Shown: positions 1-7,368 of the stretch, one piece after another
Layout of the letters: each line of letters opens with the position of its first letter
How positions within the stretch are numbered: the first letter of the stretch is position 1
Sequence record: OP557969.1
Reading direction: 5' to 3' (one strand)
DNA length: 64,000 bases
The notes under the pieces: generated by a model
Database searches by the model: none
The model's input: the letters and a program-made list of their open reading frames with translations, nothing else
What the model was told of the DNA's origin: nothing
Translations under genes and position numbers: made by a program

Positions 1-2
1 CA

Positions 3-197
3 AACCTTACGGTCGAACAACAACGAATTTTATTTGAGATGGCATTTACTCTAGGAGTTGACAAGTTAAACACTTTCAATAAACTATGGAAAAGCGTTGA
101 AAATCAAAATTACAACAAGTTCAAAAAAGAAATTAAGAATTCTCTATGGTATCGTCAAGTAGGAAACCGTGCAGAATTGTTGTTAAGCTCACTCTAA
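3..197 (+). CDS. 3' end of T4-lysozyme-like (GH24) protein, truncated by window start
   Basis: Frame 3 from base 3 reads NLTVEQQRILFEMAFTLGVDKLNTFNKLWKSVENQNYNKFKKEIKNSLWYRQVGNRAELLLSSL*. This aligns with the C-terminal half of the lysozymes at 63188-64000 (MVFQMG...F...L...Y..A..E..DS.WY.QT..RA). Confidence 0.7.
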   Translation, partial: NLTVEQQRILFEMAFTLGVDKLNTFNKLWKSVENQNYNKFKKEIKNSLWYRQVGNRAELLLSSL

Positions 198-213
198 AAA
201 AGGTAGGTAAATT

Positions 214-546
214 ATGCTAAATCTAAACATTCAAGGCAACATTGATATCACTCCAGCAATCCAAGATGCTATTTACAATGAAGCAAAAAGTCTGGATAAG
301 TACCGTACTTCTTCAGTACTAGACATTGGTGTTCATGTTAAGAAAGAGCATAAAACTCAATATGCTGTAACTTTAACTGCTGGTAGTAAATCAGTGACTG
401 CTGATGATGCTGATTTGTATAAAGCAATTGTTGAATCTTTTGATAAGATGGAAACTGTATTCAGTAAAGACAAAAGCATTAAATTGCACCGCCGAAACCA
501 CCCAGAACATCCAGTTCTTGATGATTTGACAGAAAACGAAGAGTAA
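214..546 (+). CDS. hpf: Ribosome hibernation promoting factor / RaiA-YfiA-like (sigma54 modulation family) protein
   Basis: MLNLNIQGNIDITPAIQDAI...DLYKAIVESFDKM matches the HPF pattern (M.LNI.G.N.EIT.AL...; D.Y.AID...DKL). SD AAGGTAGG upstream; terminator downstream. Confidence 0.75.
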   Translation: MLNLNIQGNIDITPAIQDAIYNEAKSLDKYRTSSVLDIGVHVKKEHKTQYAVTLTAGSKSVTADDADLYKAIVESFDKMETVFSKDKSIKLHRRNHPEHPVLDDLTENEE

Positions 547-554
547 TATATACT

Positions 555-583
555 AAAGGGACAGAATTAATCTGTCCCTTTTC
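555..583 (+). terminator. Rho-independent terminator
   Basis: AAAGGGACAGA-ATTAA-TCTGTCCCTTT followed by T-rich tract. Confidence 0.85.
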
Positions 584-599
584 TTATGGAGTTTTAATT

Positions 600-995
600 A
601 TGAATTGTTCCTGGATGGAAATTGTAAAATCTCTAATATCAACACATGATATGGACTTACCTGAACACCTAGTTATTAATAGATGGTTCTATCCATATCC
701 AGATAACCGTTGTGTTGGAATTGGATTTTTTATTAATGAAAAATCTCAATATATTGTATTAATTGAAGATTATACAAAAACCAATATTGCGTTCTCAATT
801 GAGTTGAATGTAGATCACATAAAATACTACACCAATAAAATGGATGAAGACGATGGTGATGTTATAATTCCAGCAGAAATAGACGAAGCTTCATTTTTTC
901 AGTTATCATTAATTCATAATGTATCTGATATTACTTATGATAATGTGAAAGACCTTTTTATATTGTACAATAAACTGTATAATTACTTTATATGA
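600..995 (+). CDS. Hypothetical protein (local paralog family)
   Basis: 131-aa ORF with GGAG SD. Its C-terminal IP.E.DE..FFQ segment resembles those of neighbouring ORFs. Confidence 0.7.
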   Translation: MNCSWMEIVKSLISTHDMDLPEHLVINRWFYPYPDNRCVGIGFFINEKSQYIVLIEDYTKTNIAFSIELNVDHIKYYTNKMDEDDGDVIIPAEIDEASFFQLSLIHNVSDITYDNVKDLFILYNKLYNYFI

Positions 996-1007
996 TTGAG
1001 GTGTAAG

Positions 1008-1379
1008 TTGAGAAATACATTAATTAAAGTTAATTTATCACATTTCGACCCATATCAGAAATATGAAGAAAGTCGAAGATATAATATTAATGAATATTTC
1101 ACAATATATTTCAATAGAACATATAGCATGATCATCATTACTATTTGTAATCATATAAAAATTTGTATAACAAAAGACACAATAACTTTATACATTCAAG
1201 GCAAAGAAACTGATATTCCAACAGATTTGGATGAAGATGGATATGCTCAAGACGAATTCTTGAGAGATCACTTGTTGATTGAGTACAGCACTTATGCATT
1301 GATTAATTTCTACAAAGTAAATTACATTAAGTGGTTGTCTGGTGAATGTGATGATGGTATAATAGAGTATAATATATAA
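1008..1379 (+). CDS. Hypothetical protein (local paralog family)
   Basis: ORF track 996-1379; likely TTG start at 1008 after SD GAGGTG. Contains DIPTDLDEDGYAQ, similar to neighbours. Confidence 0.65.
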   Translation: MRNTLIKVNLSHFDPYQKYEESRRYNINEYFTIYFNRTYSMIIITICNHIKICITKDTITLYIQGKETDIPTDLDEDGYAQDEFLRDHLLIEYSTYALINFYKVNYIKWLSGECDDGIIEYNI

Positions 1380-1385
1380 TATATA

Positions 1386-1511
1386 ATGAATACAATTATG
1401 CTTGAAGAAGATTAGGGTGTTTATTAACAAGAAATCGACGTGAACAAAGAACCAAAATACAAGCCTAATGGCTTCTGGGAACGTCTCTTTGATTGGCTGA
1501 TGGGGGAGTGA
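1386..1511 (+). pseudogene. Degenerate copy of the 40-aa ORF at 2521-2643
   Basis: Reads MNTIMLEED*GVY*QEIDVNKEPKYKPNGFWERLFDWLMGE*, colinear with intact VITVLEEDWGVSEQGTDEYEYPEYQPKGFWERLRDWLMGE*. In-frame TAG (1413) and TAA (1425) replace TGG and GAG. Confidence 0.75.
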
Positions 1512-1696
1512 TGGAATATACAATATGTGCTATTATTTGTATCTTAGCTTTAATCTGTGGTGTTGGTGTGATGGTTTATTGTGATGTAGAACCCAGTACT
1601 GAAGTAGGTACAACCATCACATTTAAACCTGGTGTTAAAATTAATGATACCTATTGCTACAATCCAAACACAAACCGCTATGAGATTTGTTTATGA
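1511..1696 (+). CDS. Small predicted membrane protein
   Basis: Likely start ATG 1511 (TGATG overlap, GGGGGAG SD). N-terminal hydrophobic stretch TICAIICILALICGVGVMV. Confidence 0.65.
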   Translation: MEYTICAIICILALICGVGVMVYCDVEPSTEVGTTITFKPGVKINDTYCYNPNTNRYEICL

Positions 1697-2100
1697 GAAC
1701 ATTCAACATTGTTCATATAATTGAACCGATTGCAGAACATATGAAAAACATAAGTAATAACGAGTCAGGTTTTTACTTCAATTTAGATAAACTTCATCGT
1801 TATACCAATGTATCTAGTTTTAATCGTGCTAAGAGACTTTATATCCGTATACACAACCTATGGTACAGTGATGATACGTTGATGATAGATATCACTGTTG
1901 ATGAAGACATAAAATTAAGATATATTGACGATTTTAAATCAGATGATATTCGTTCTGGTTCATTACCAATTGATGCTTCATATGAAGAATATCTGCAATA
2001 TCAGTTCATTGATGACACATTTGGCTTTGACTTTGAACTATATAATAGTATAATGAACGTATACCATATATATGAAAGGCATTTGAATGGACATTCGTAA
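1693..2100 (+). CDS. Hypothetical protein, paralog of 2087-2509
   Basis: ATGA overlap with upstream stop. GSLPIDAS...LQYQFIDDTFGFDF matches GSLPVVDN...LDQYMFIDDTFSIDY in the next ORF. Confidence 0.7.
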   Translation: MRTFNIVHIIEPIAEHMKNISNNESGFYFNLDKLHRYTNVSSFNRAKRLYIRIHNLWYSDDTLMIDITVDEDIKLRYIDDFKSDDIRSGSLPIDASYEEYLQYQFIDDTFGFDFELYNSIMNVYHIYERHLNGHS

Positions 2101-2509
2101 AATACCAAATTTCAACAGCACATTAAGGTTCTTTTCTGAACATGAAATCAGTACTGAAAGACGTGGTTTAGTTACATATAATCAACATCGTGTTATGTAC
2201 ACTAATAATTTTCAGGGTACTGTACGAATAAAATTTCGTAATGCGTTAGAAGAGAATGATGAATTGTTAATTTTACTAAGAAAAAGTAAGATTGAATTGA
2301 CATACGCAACTCACCATATTGAAAGTGAGTTGATGTGGCACACCCTATCAAAAAAAGAAGGTTCATTACCAGTTGTTGATAATGGTCCTGAAACACTTGA
2401 TCAGTACATGTTCATTGATGATACATTTAGTATTGACTATCCATCATTTCAGTGTATACTAGATATACATGCAAAATATTACGACCGTCTACGTGATAGA
2501 TTAATTTAA
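2087..2509 (+). CDS. Hypothetical protein, paralog of 1693-2100
   Basis: 140-aa ORF sharing the GSLP...QY.FIDDTF motif; overlaps upstream gene. Confidence 0.7.
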   Translation: MDIRKIPNFNSTLRFFSEHEISTERRGLVTYNQHRVMYTNNFQGTVRIKFRNALEENDELLILLRKSKIELTYATHHIESELMWHTLSKKEGSLPVVDNGPETLDQYMFIDDTFSIDYPSFQCILDIHAKYYDRLRDRLI

Positions 2510-2520
2510 TTGGAGGCATT

Positions 2521-2643
2521 GTGATTACAGTGTTAGAAGAAGATTGGGGTGTTTCCGAGCAAGGAACAGATGAATATGAATATCCAGAATATCAGCCAAA
2601 AGGCTTCTGGGAACGTCTACGTGATTGGTTGATGGGGGAATAA
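2521..2643 (+). CDS. 40-aa small protein (not in ORF track)
   Basis: GTG start with GGAGG SD (2513-2517); stop at 2641-2643 abuts the cca ATG at 2645; homologous copy at 1386-1511. Confidence 0.7.
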   Translation: MITVLEEDWGVSEQGTDEYEYPEYQPKGFWERLRDWLMGE

Positions 2644-2644
2644 T

Positions 2645-3757
2645 ATGAAAAAGTATTTGGTTGGAGGTTATACGAGAGATCGTTTAATGGGCATCCGTGC
2701 AAAAGACAAAGATTATGTCATTGTTGGTGCAACTGAATCCGATATTAAGTACTTGCAAAGTATTGGTTATAAGCAAGTAGGCAAGGACTTCCCTGTGTAC
2801 TTGAGTCCAGAGGGTAATGAACACGCATTGGCTCGTACCGAGCGTAAGACTGGTACTGGATATGGTGGTTTCGAAGTGAATACAAAAGGTGTGACACTAG
2901 AACAAGATCTATATCGTCGTGATCTCACAATCAATAGTATTGCTTATGATCCAGTACTCCAGATTCACATCGACCCTTATGGTGGGAAAGCTGATATCAA
3001 GAACAAAGTACTTCGTCATGTATCAGAACACTTTAAAGAAGATCCATTGCGTGTTCTACGTTTGGCCCGTTTCGCTACACGTTATTCAGACTTTTCTATC
3101 CATGAAAGTACAGAGGAACTTGCTATTAGTATGGTCAATAGTGGTGAATTAGATCATCTTGTCCCAGACCGTGTTTTTGTTGAATTTGAAAAAGCACTTT
3201 CTGAAGAAAAACCATCTAAATTCCTCAAAACCCTAAGTAAATTTGGTTATTATGAGAAAGTTTTCAAAACATCTCTAACTAAAAAGAATTTAGACATAAT
3301 TGATTATATTTCTGATAACTGCACGGATGTATATAAACCATATTTCTTGTGGGCAGTACTTCTTGAAAATGAAGAAGTAGATAATAATTCTGTTCTAAAT
3401 GGTGCTATTAAAGTACCAGTAAAGTATGTAAAATTTAGTAATTACATCAAACGTTTTTCTGATGATATCAAAACCTTCCGAAAAAAGACCCCAGATGAAA
3501 TGGGTAATATTTTAATGGAAATGAATATCAAAAACAACGGAGGTGAAGGATTCCTTTATAAAGTATTGGAGTATTTCATTTTACGAAAAGAAATCGATTT
3601 AGAACATGAAGACCTGATTGTTAAAGTATATGACAGATATACTGATGTAGTATTACCTGATATTCAGCAACTGGTGAAAGACGGTGAACTTGAAACATCA
3701 GAAATTCGTGATTTTGTTTGTGGGCTACGTTACGAAGCAATTAAACAATTATTCTAA
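2645..3757 (+). CDS. cca: tRNA nucleotidyltransferase (class II CCA-adding enzyme)
   Basis: MKKYLVGGYTRDRL..DKDYV (DxD motif), VGKDFPVYL, EHALARTERK, DLYRRDLTINSIA and EDPLRVLRLARF are the class II CCA motifs. The C-terminus is divergent and no HD domain is evident. Confidence 0.95.
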   Translation: MKKYLVGGYTRDRLMGIRAKDKDYVIVGATESDIKYLQSIGYKQVGKDFPVYLSPEGNEHALARTERKTGTGYGGFEVNTKGVTLEQDLYRRDLTINSIAYDPVLQIHIDPYGGKADIKNKVLRHVSEHFKEDPLRVLRLARFATRYSDFSIHESTEELAISMVNSGELDHLVPDRVFVEFEKALSEEKPSKFLKTLSKFGYYEKVFKTSLTKKNLDIIDYISDNCTDVYKPYFLWAVLLENEEVDNNSVLNGAIKVPVKYVKFSNYIKRFSDDIKTFRKKTPDEMGNILMEMNIKNNGGEGFLYKVLEYFILRKEIDLEHEDLIVKVYDRYTDVVLPDIQQLVKDGELETSEIRDFVCGLRYEAIKQLF

Positions 3758-3783
3758 AAAAATCGGGACAAAAAACCAATAAC

Positions 3784-3792
3784 TGATATAAT
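3784..3792 (+). promoter_or_regulatory. Extended -10 sigma70-type (early) promoter
   Basis: TG-A-TATAAT about 40 nt upstream of the NUDIX ATG at 3834; -35 poor. Confidence 0.5.
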
Positions 3793-3833
3793 TATTAGTA
3801 TCTGAACATCGATTGATGACAAAGAGATAAGAT

Positions 3834-4266
3834 ATGCGTTATAGTTGTGGAATAATATTTTATCGTGATGGGCAGATACTTATCGGGCATACAACACGGA
3901 CAGAATCATTGGGATTTACCTAAAGGGAAAGCTGAGGGTAATGAAACATTTAAAGAAGCTGCTGTCCGTGAGTGCTACGAAGAGACAGGATACGAAATTG
4001 ATGAAGATGATCTTTTGTTTCTTGGTGATGTTTCCTATAGAAAGGGAAAAAGGCTAGTACTTTTCTTTTATACTGCCAAAGACAAACCTGTACCTGAAGA
4101 ATTAGTTTGTAAAAGTACTTACACTAACAGATACGGTAAGAGTCATCCAGAATTGGATAAGTTCATGTACATTGATGTACGAGAATGTCAAAAGTATTTG
4201 ACTGAACGAATGTGTAACAGTATTATTAAAGCTGTTAAAGCTTTTCAAAGAAATAGAAGGAAATAA
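3834..4266 (+). CDS. NUDIX hydrolase with apparent +1 frameshift at about 3897
   Basis: ATG 3834 gives MRYSCGIIFYRDGQILIGHTT, then CGG. The +1 frame continues GQNHWDLPKGKAEGNETFKEAAVRECYEETG (Nudix box). Without the shift, the first frame stops at 3921-3923. Confidence 0.85.
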
Positions 4267-4267
4267 C

Positions 4268-4516
4268 ATGAAAGTTAAAATTTATGGTCGAAAGACTGGT
4301 TGTAAATTTTGCGATACAGCTAAAGCTGTGTGTGAACAAAATAATTTTGATATGGAGTTCATTGATATTGTTGCTGAAGGGATTGATGGTGCTAAACTAT
4401 CAGAAATTTGTGGTGAACCTGTGCGTCAAGTTCCACAGATTTTCGTGAATGATGTTTATGTACCTGGTGGTTGTACTGGATTTATCAACGGACTCAAAGA
4501 AGGTCATTGGAAATAA
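4268..4516 (+). CDS. nrdC: Glutaredoxin (T4 NrdC-like)
   Basis: KIYG...CKFC redox motif and VRQVPQIFVND..V.GG.T typical of phage glutaredoxins. Confidence 0.9.
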   Translation: MKVKIYGRKTGCKFCDTAKAVCEQNNFDMEFIDIVAEGIDGAKLSEICGEPVRQVPQIFVNDVYVPGGCTGFINGLKEGHWK

Positions 4517-4758
4517 TGGATATTGAAAAGGTATCATCTCGTGCAAAACATCTAGCTGATACATTGGGAGTTGAGTTTAAAATTCCTGATATTACAATAG
4601 CTAAAGAAAAAGCCCAGAAGAAAATCAATAAGATGAAAGAATATCTATCTAAACAGGAACAATATGATTCTGCTGTAGAATTTATTATACAATCTTTTAG
4701 TAAAGATGATATTAAAGCATTCATCCAATATGTGAAGGTTTCTGATAACCCTAAATAA
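4516..4758 (+). CDS. Hypothetical protein
   Basis: Likely start ATG 4516 (TAATG overlap with the glutaredoxin stop). Confidence 0.65.
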   Translation: MDIEKVSSRAKHLADTLGVEFKIPDITIAKEKAQKKINKMKEYLSKQEQYDSAVEFIIQSFSKDDIKAFIQYVKVSDNPK

Positions 4759-4803
4759 TCATGAAGAACAAAAGTTCTTCATAACAATTTGGGAGATACT
4801 ATT

Positions 4804-5046
4804 ATGCTCAGTTTTCGTGAACAATTAGCAAAAGGTCAATTTCAGGCTAAAGCTCAAACTAACATTCCAAAAAAATCTGCTTTTTTGGGAACAATTACGG
4901 AAGATGGATATTGTGATTATGATGCACCAGAGGACTCATGGTACATCACAAAAGACACAAAACGCAGTAATAGACTTCACAAAAGTACAATAGCTAGAAA
5001 GCATCGAAAAGAATTGAAAAAAATCCGTTTCGGTGAAGAAGAATAA
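4804..5046 (+). CDS. Hypothetical basic protein
   Basis: ORF track 4789; ATG 4804 follows GGAG SD. Confidence 0.6.
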   Translation: MLSFREQLAKGQFQAKAQTNIPKKSAFLGTITEDGYCDYDAPEDSWYITKDTKRSNRLHKSTIARKHRKELKKIRFGEEE

Positions 5047-5054
5047 TTTAAAAT

Positions 5055-5084
5055 AAGGACTCTGACTATAGAGTCCTTTCTTTT
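5055..5084 (+). terminator. Rho-independent terminator
   Basis: AAGGACTCT-GACTAT-AGAGTCCTT then TCTTTT. Confidence 0.8.
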
Positions 5085-5095
5085 CGGAGAACATA

Positions 5096-5572
5096 ATGAT
5101 TCATGAACACAGAGGTAATCTGTTTGAATTATTCAGTACTGTAACAGATGATAATTCAGCATTACATATAATTGCTCATGGTTGTAACGCACAAGGTAAA
5201 ATGGGTTCAGGTTTTGCAAAAGAACTAAGAAATCGCTATCCAATGGCATATGATGATTATAAAGCATATGAAAAGGAAATGGGATTTCTAAGAACTGGGC
5301 AAATTTCATATTCTTTGGTAAGCAATGATTTGATTATTGCAAATTGTATTACGCAACAGTACTATGGCAATGATGGTAAAAAATATGTAAGTTATGATGC
5401 AGTTGACGATGTTTTTAAACAACTCAATTACTTATGTAATGTTGAACGAAGTATTCATGTGCACTTTCCGAAAATTGGAGCCGATTTGGGTGGTGGTAAC
5501 TGGAACGTTATCAAAGAAATCATTGATCATCGTTTGGTTAATGCAGAAAAACATTTATATATTCTAAAATAA
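5096..5572 (+). CDS. Macrodomain (ADP-ribose-processing, T4 Tk.4/TARG1-like) protein
   Basis: GNLF...IIAHGCNAQGKMGSGFAKELRNRYP and FPKIGADLGGGNW are macrodomain signature motifs. Confidence 0.85.
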   Translation: MIHEHRGNLFELFSTVTDDNSALHIIAHGCNAQGKMGSGFAKELRNRYPMAYDDYKAYEKEMGFLRTGQISYSLVSNDLIIANCITQQYYGNDGKKYVSYDAVDDVFKQLNYLCNVERSIHVHFPKIGADLGGGNWNVIKEIIDHRLVNAEKHLYILK

Positions 5573-5590
5573 AAAAAGGACTTGACAAAA

Positions 5591-5899
5591 ATGACTATGA
5601 CCGTTAAACTACTAAACATCAATAACATTGGCCCAGTACTAGCCGTTCTACAAACTGATTCCGCTGAAGCTGTTGTAGTCAACTACCCAGCACAACTCGG
5701 AACTGACGAAAATGGTGAAATCATTCTTCGTGATTATCTAGAGTTTGTCAGTATGGAGAAAAATGTTATTTTTTATAAATCCAACATTATTAGTGTTAGT
5801 GATGCAAATCCTGCATTGGTTGATGCTTATGTTGATGCTATTAAAGCAATCGAAGACACACCAAAAGTTTTCGTACCAGAGAATAAAATCATTGTATAA
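5591..5899 (+). CDS. Hypothetical protein, resembles small beta-rich (Sm-like) proteins of T4-like phages
   Basis: ATG 5591 after AAGGA. Beta-strand-rich body, then ELVDAY-like helix and C-terminal P..KIIV pattern; fold call is inference. Confidence 0.55.
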   Translation: MTMTVKLLNINNIGPVLAVLQTDSAEAVVVNYPAQLGTDENGEIILRDYLEFVSMEKNVIFYKSNIISVSDANPALVDAYVDAIKAIEDTPKVFVPENKIIV

Positions 5900-5911
5900 T
5901 AGAGGTATAAA

Positions 5912-6289
5912 ATGGCTGCTAATGACGTTAAAGTAAAAACTATTCAAGCTATCGTAGTACTGAAAGATTCAACTCCATCTCCAAAAGAATTGGTAATGGC
6001 TGGAATGACAATGCTTCATCAATACAATCCTGAATCACCAAATTATGTTCAAGAATACGAAGCAAAGCAGTTTAAAGTACATTGGCAGTCATGGATTAAA
6101 GATAATGAAATGGAGCAGGTCGTCTATGCTGCTGATGACATTTTTGAATTAGAACAAATTGAATATCTGGCAGGTCAACAATCAGTTCCATTGAGTATTT
6201 TTGGTAATGGTGAGGAAGTTTTAGTTCTAGGTCCATTCACTGCCGATGTAATTACACACTTACTAAGTAATTGTGAAAAAATTGGCTAA
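5912..6289 (+). CDS. Divergent PTH2 (peptidyl-tRNA hydrolase 2)-fold protein
   Basis: IQAIVVLKD / W..W....QVVY....ELEQI...A....VP / VLVLGP...VI..L follows the PTH2 layout, but the KxxAQxxHA and DAG motifs are missing. Confidence 0.45.
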   Translation: MAANDVKVKTIQAIVVLKDSTPSPKELVMAGMTMLHQYNPESPNYVQEYEAKQFKVHWQSWIKDNEMEQVVYAADDIFELEQIEYLAGQQSVPLSIFGNGEEVLVLGPFTADVITHLLSNCEKIG

Positions 6290-6500
6290 ATGCTTAAAAT
6301 TATCAGGATACCGAAACAATACATTGATGTTAAATAATATAAAGTATTGGGTTGACCCATACTTTAATAATTCATTGTTAATGTACAGAGATAAAAGTCG
6401 AGATTTATACGGAATATATGTTACGCAGTTAATATATGCTATAGATTCAGAACATTTTACTCCGTTGGTATACCTGTACTGTCTTTATAATTCCAAATAA
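6273..6500 (+). CDS. Hypothetical protein
   Basis: 75-aa GTG-start ORF filling the gap before the neck gene. Confidence 0.45.
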   Translation: MKKLAKCLKLSGYRNNTLMLNNIKYWVDPYFNNSLLMYRDKSRDLYGIYVTQLIYAIDSEHFTPLVYLYCLYNSK

Positions 6501-6512
6501 CTATTAGCACCT

Positions 6513-6520
6513 CTAAATAA
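6513..6520 (+). promoter_or_regulatory. T4-like late promoter motif
   Basis: CTAAATAA about 30 nt upstream of the neck gene; the same TAAATA core precedes most structural genes. Confidence 0.6.
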
Positions 6521-6550
6521 TGTATATAAACATTAATGAGGTGCTTTTTT

Positions 6551-7342
6551 ATGTCTTACGATTATATGGGTGGAAACCCAGATGCTCCTAACTTTGACCA
6601 TCGTGAAAAACTGAAAGATGTTATCACTCAAATGTTGGGTGCAGGGGCTGTTGAGGTAGAAATTACTGATGGTCAATTAGAAATTGCAATTGATAATGCT
6701 GTATCAAATTACAGAGCGTGGAGTTCTGCTTCTAAAGAAGAAGCATTTTTAAATATGAAATTCTATGATTCACAATCTGTATATATGCTCCCAACTGAAG
6801 TTGAAATAGTTAAAAAGATTTACCGCTATGGTAATGGTTATTTAAGTTCTGGGTCAGGTAACAGCGTAGACCCATTCTCATTGGCATTCACAAATACATA
6901 TCTATTGACTTCGGCTAGGAATGCAGGTGGATATGATTTAACAACTTATGATTTCAGTTTTCAATTTCAAGAATTGGTTGGTCGTATGTTTGGACGTGAA
7001 ATTATATTCCAATTTAACCCAATGACTAAGAAACTTATTATTGACCGTGATATTCGCGGTACAGAAGAAGTTCTACTACATGTGTATCATAATATTCCAG
7101 AACCATTATTGTTCCAACGTCAGCAAAGCTACCCGTGGCTTCGTGATTGGGCATTGTCTGAAGCAATGATTATGCTTGGTCGTAACCGTGCTAAGTTTGC
7201 TAGTTTGCCTGGACCACAAGGGACATTTTCAATGGATGGTGATACATTAAGAAATGAAGGTATCCAATTACAAGAACAACTAAAAGAACAGTTGAAGCGA
7301 TATAAAGATGGTGGAGAACCACTTGGAATGATTATCGGGTAA
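6551..7342 (+). CDS. gp13: Neck protein (T4 gp13-like)
   Basis: KLKDVITQMLGAGAVEVEITDGQLEIAIDNA parallels T4 gp13 (ELKD.ILRRLGAPII.VELT.DQI..CI..A); also WLRDWALSEAMIMLG..R.KF..LPG. Start 6551 follows GAGGT. Confidence 0.85.
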   Translation: MSYDYMGGNPDAPNFDHREKLKDVITQMLGAGAVEVEITDGQLEIAIDNAVSNYRAWSSASKEEAFLNMKFYDSQSVYMLPTEVEIVKKIYRYGNGYLSSGSGNSVDPFSLAFTNTYLLTSARNAGGYDLTTYDFSFQFQELVGRMFGREIIFQFNPMTKKLIIDRDIRGTEEVLLHVYHNIPEPLLFQRQQSYPWLRDWALSEAMIMLGRNRAKFASLPGPQGTFSMDGDTLRNEGIQLQEQLKEQLKRYKDGGEPLGMIIG

Positions 7343-7368
7343 ATTTTAAACATCAAAAAGAGTACTAT

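Noticed and set aside
1413-1415. Stop-codon (TAG) reassignment suggested by TAG aligned to TGG
   Set aside because: The same ORF also has an in-frame TAA, and no other genes show TAG read-through; simple pseudogenisation explains it.
5582-5610. TTGACA-17-TAAACT promoter overlapping the start of the 5591 gene
   Set aside because: Plausible, but it lies within an SD and start region in AT-rich DNA and would truncate the gene it overlaps; not enough support to call.
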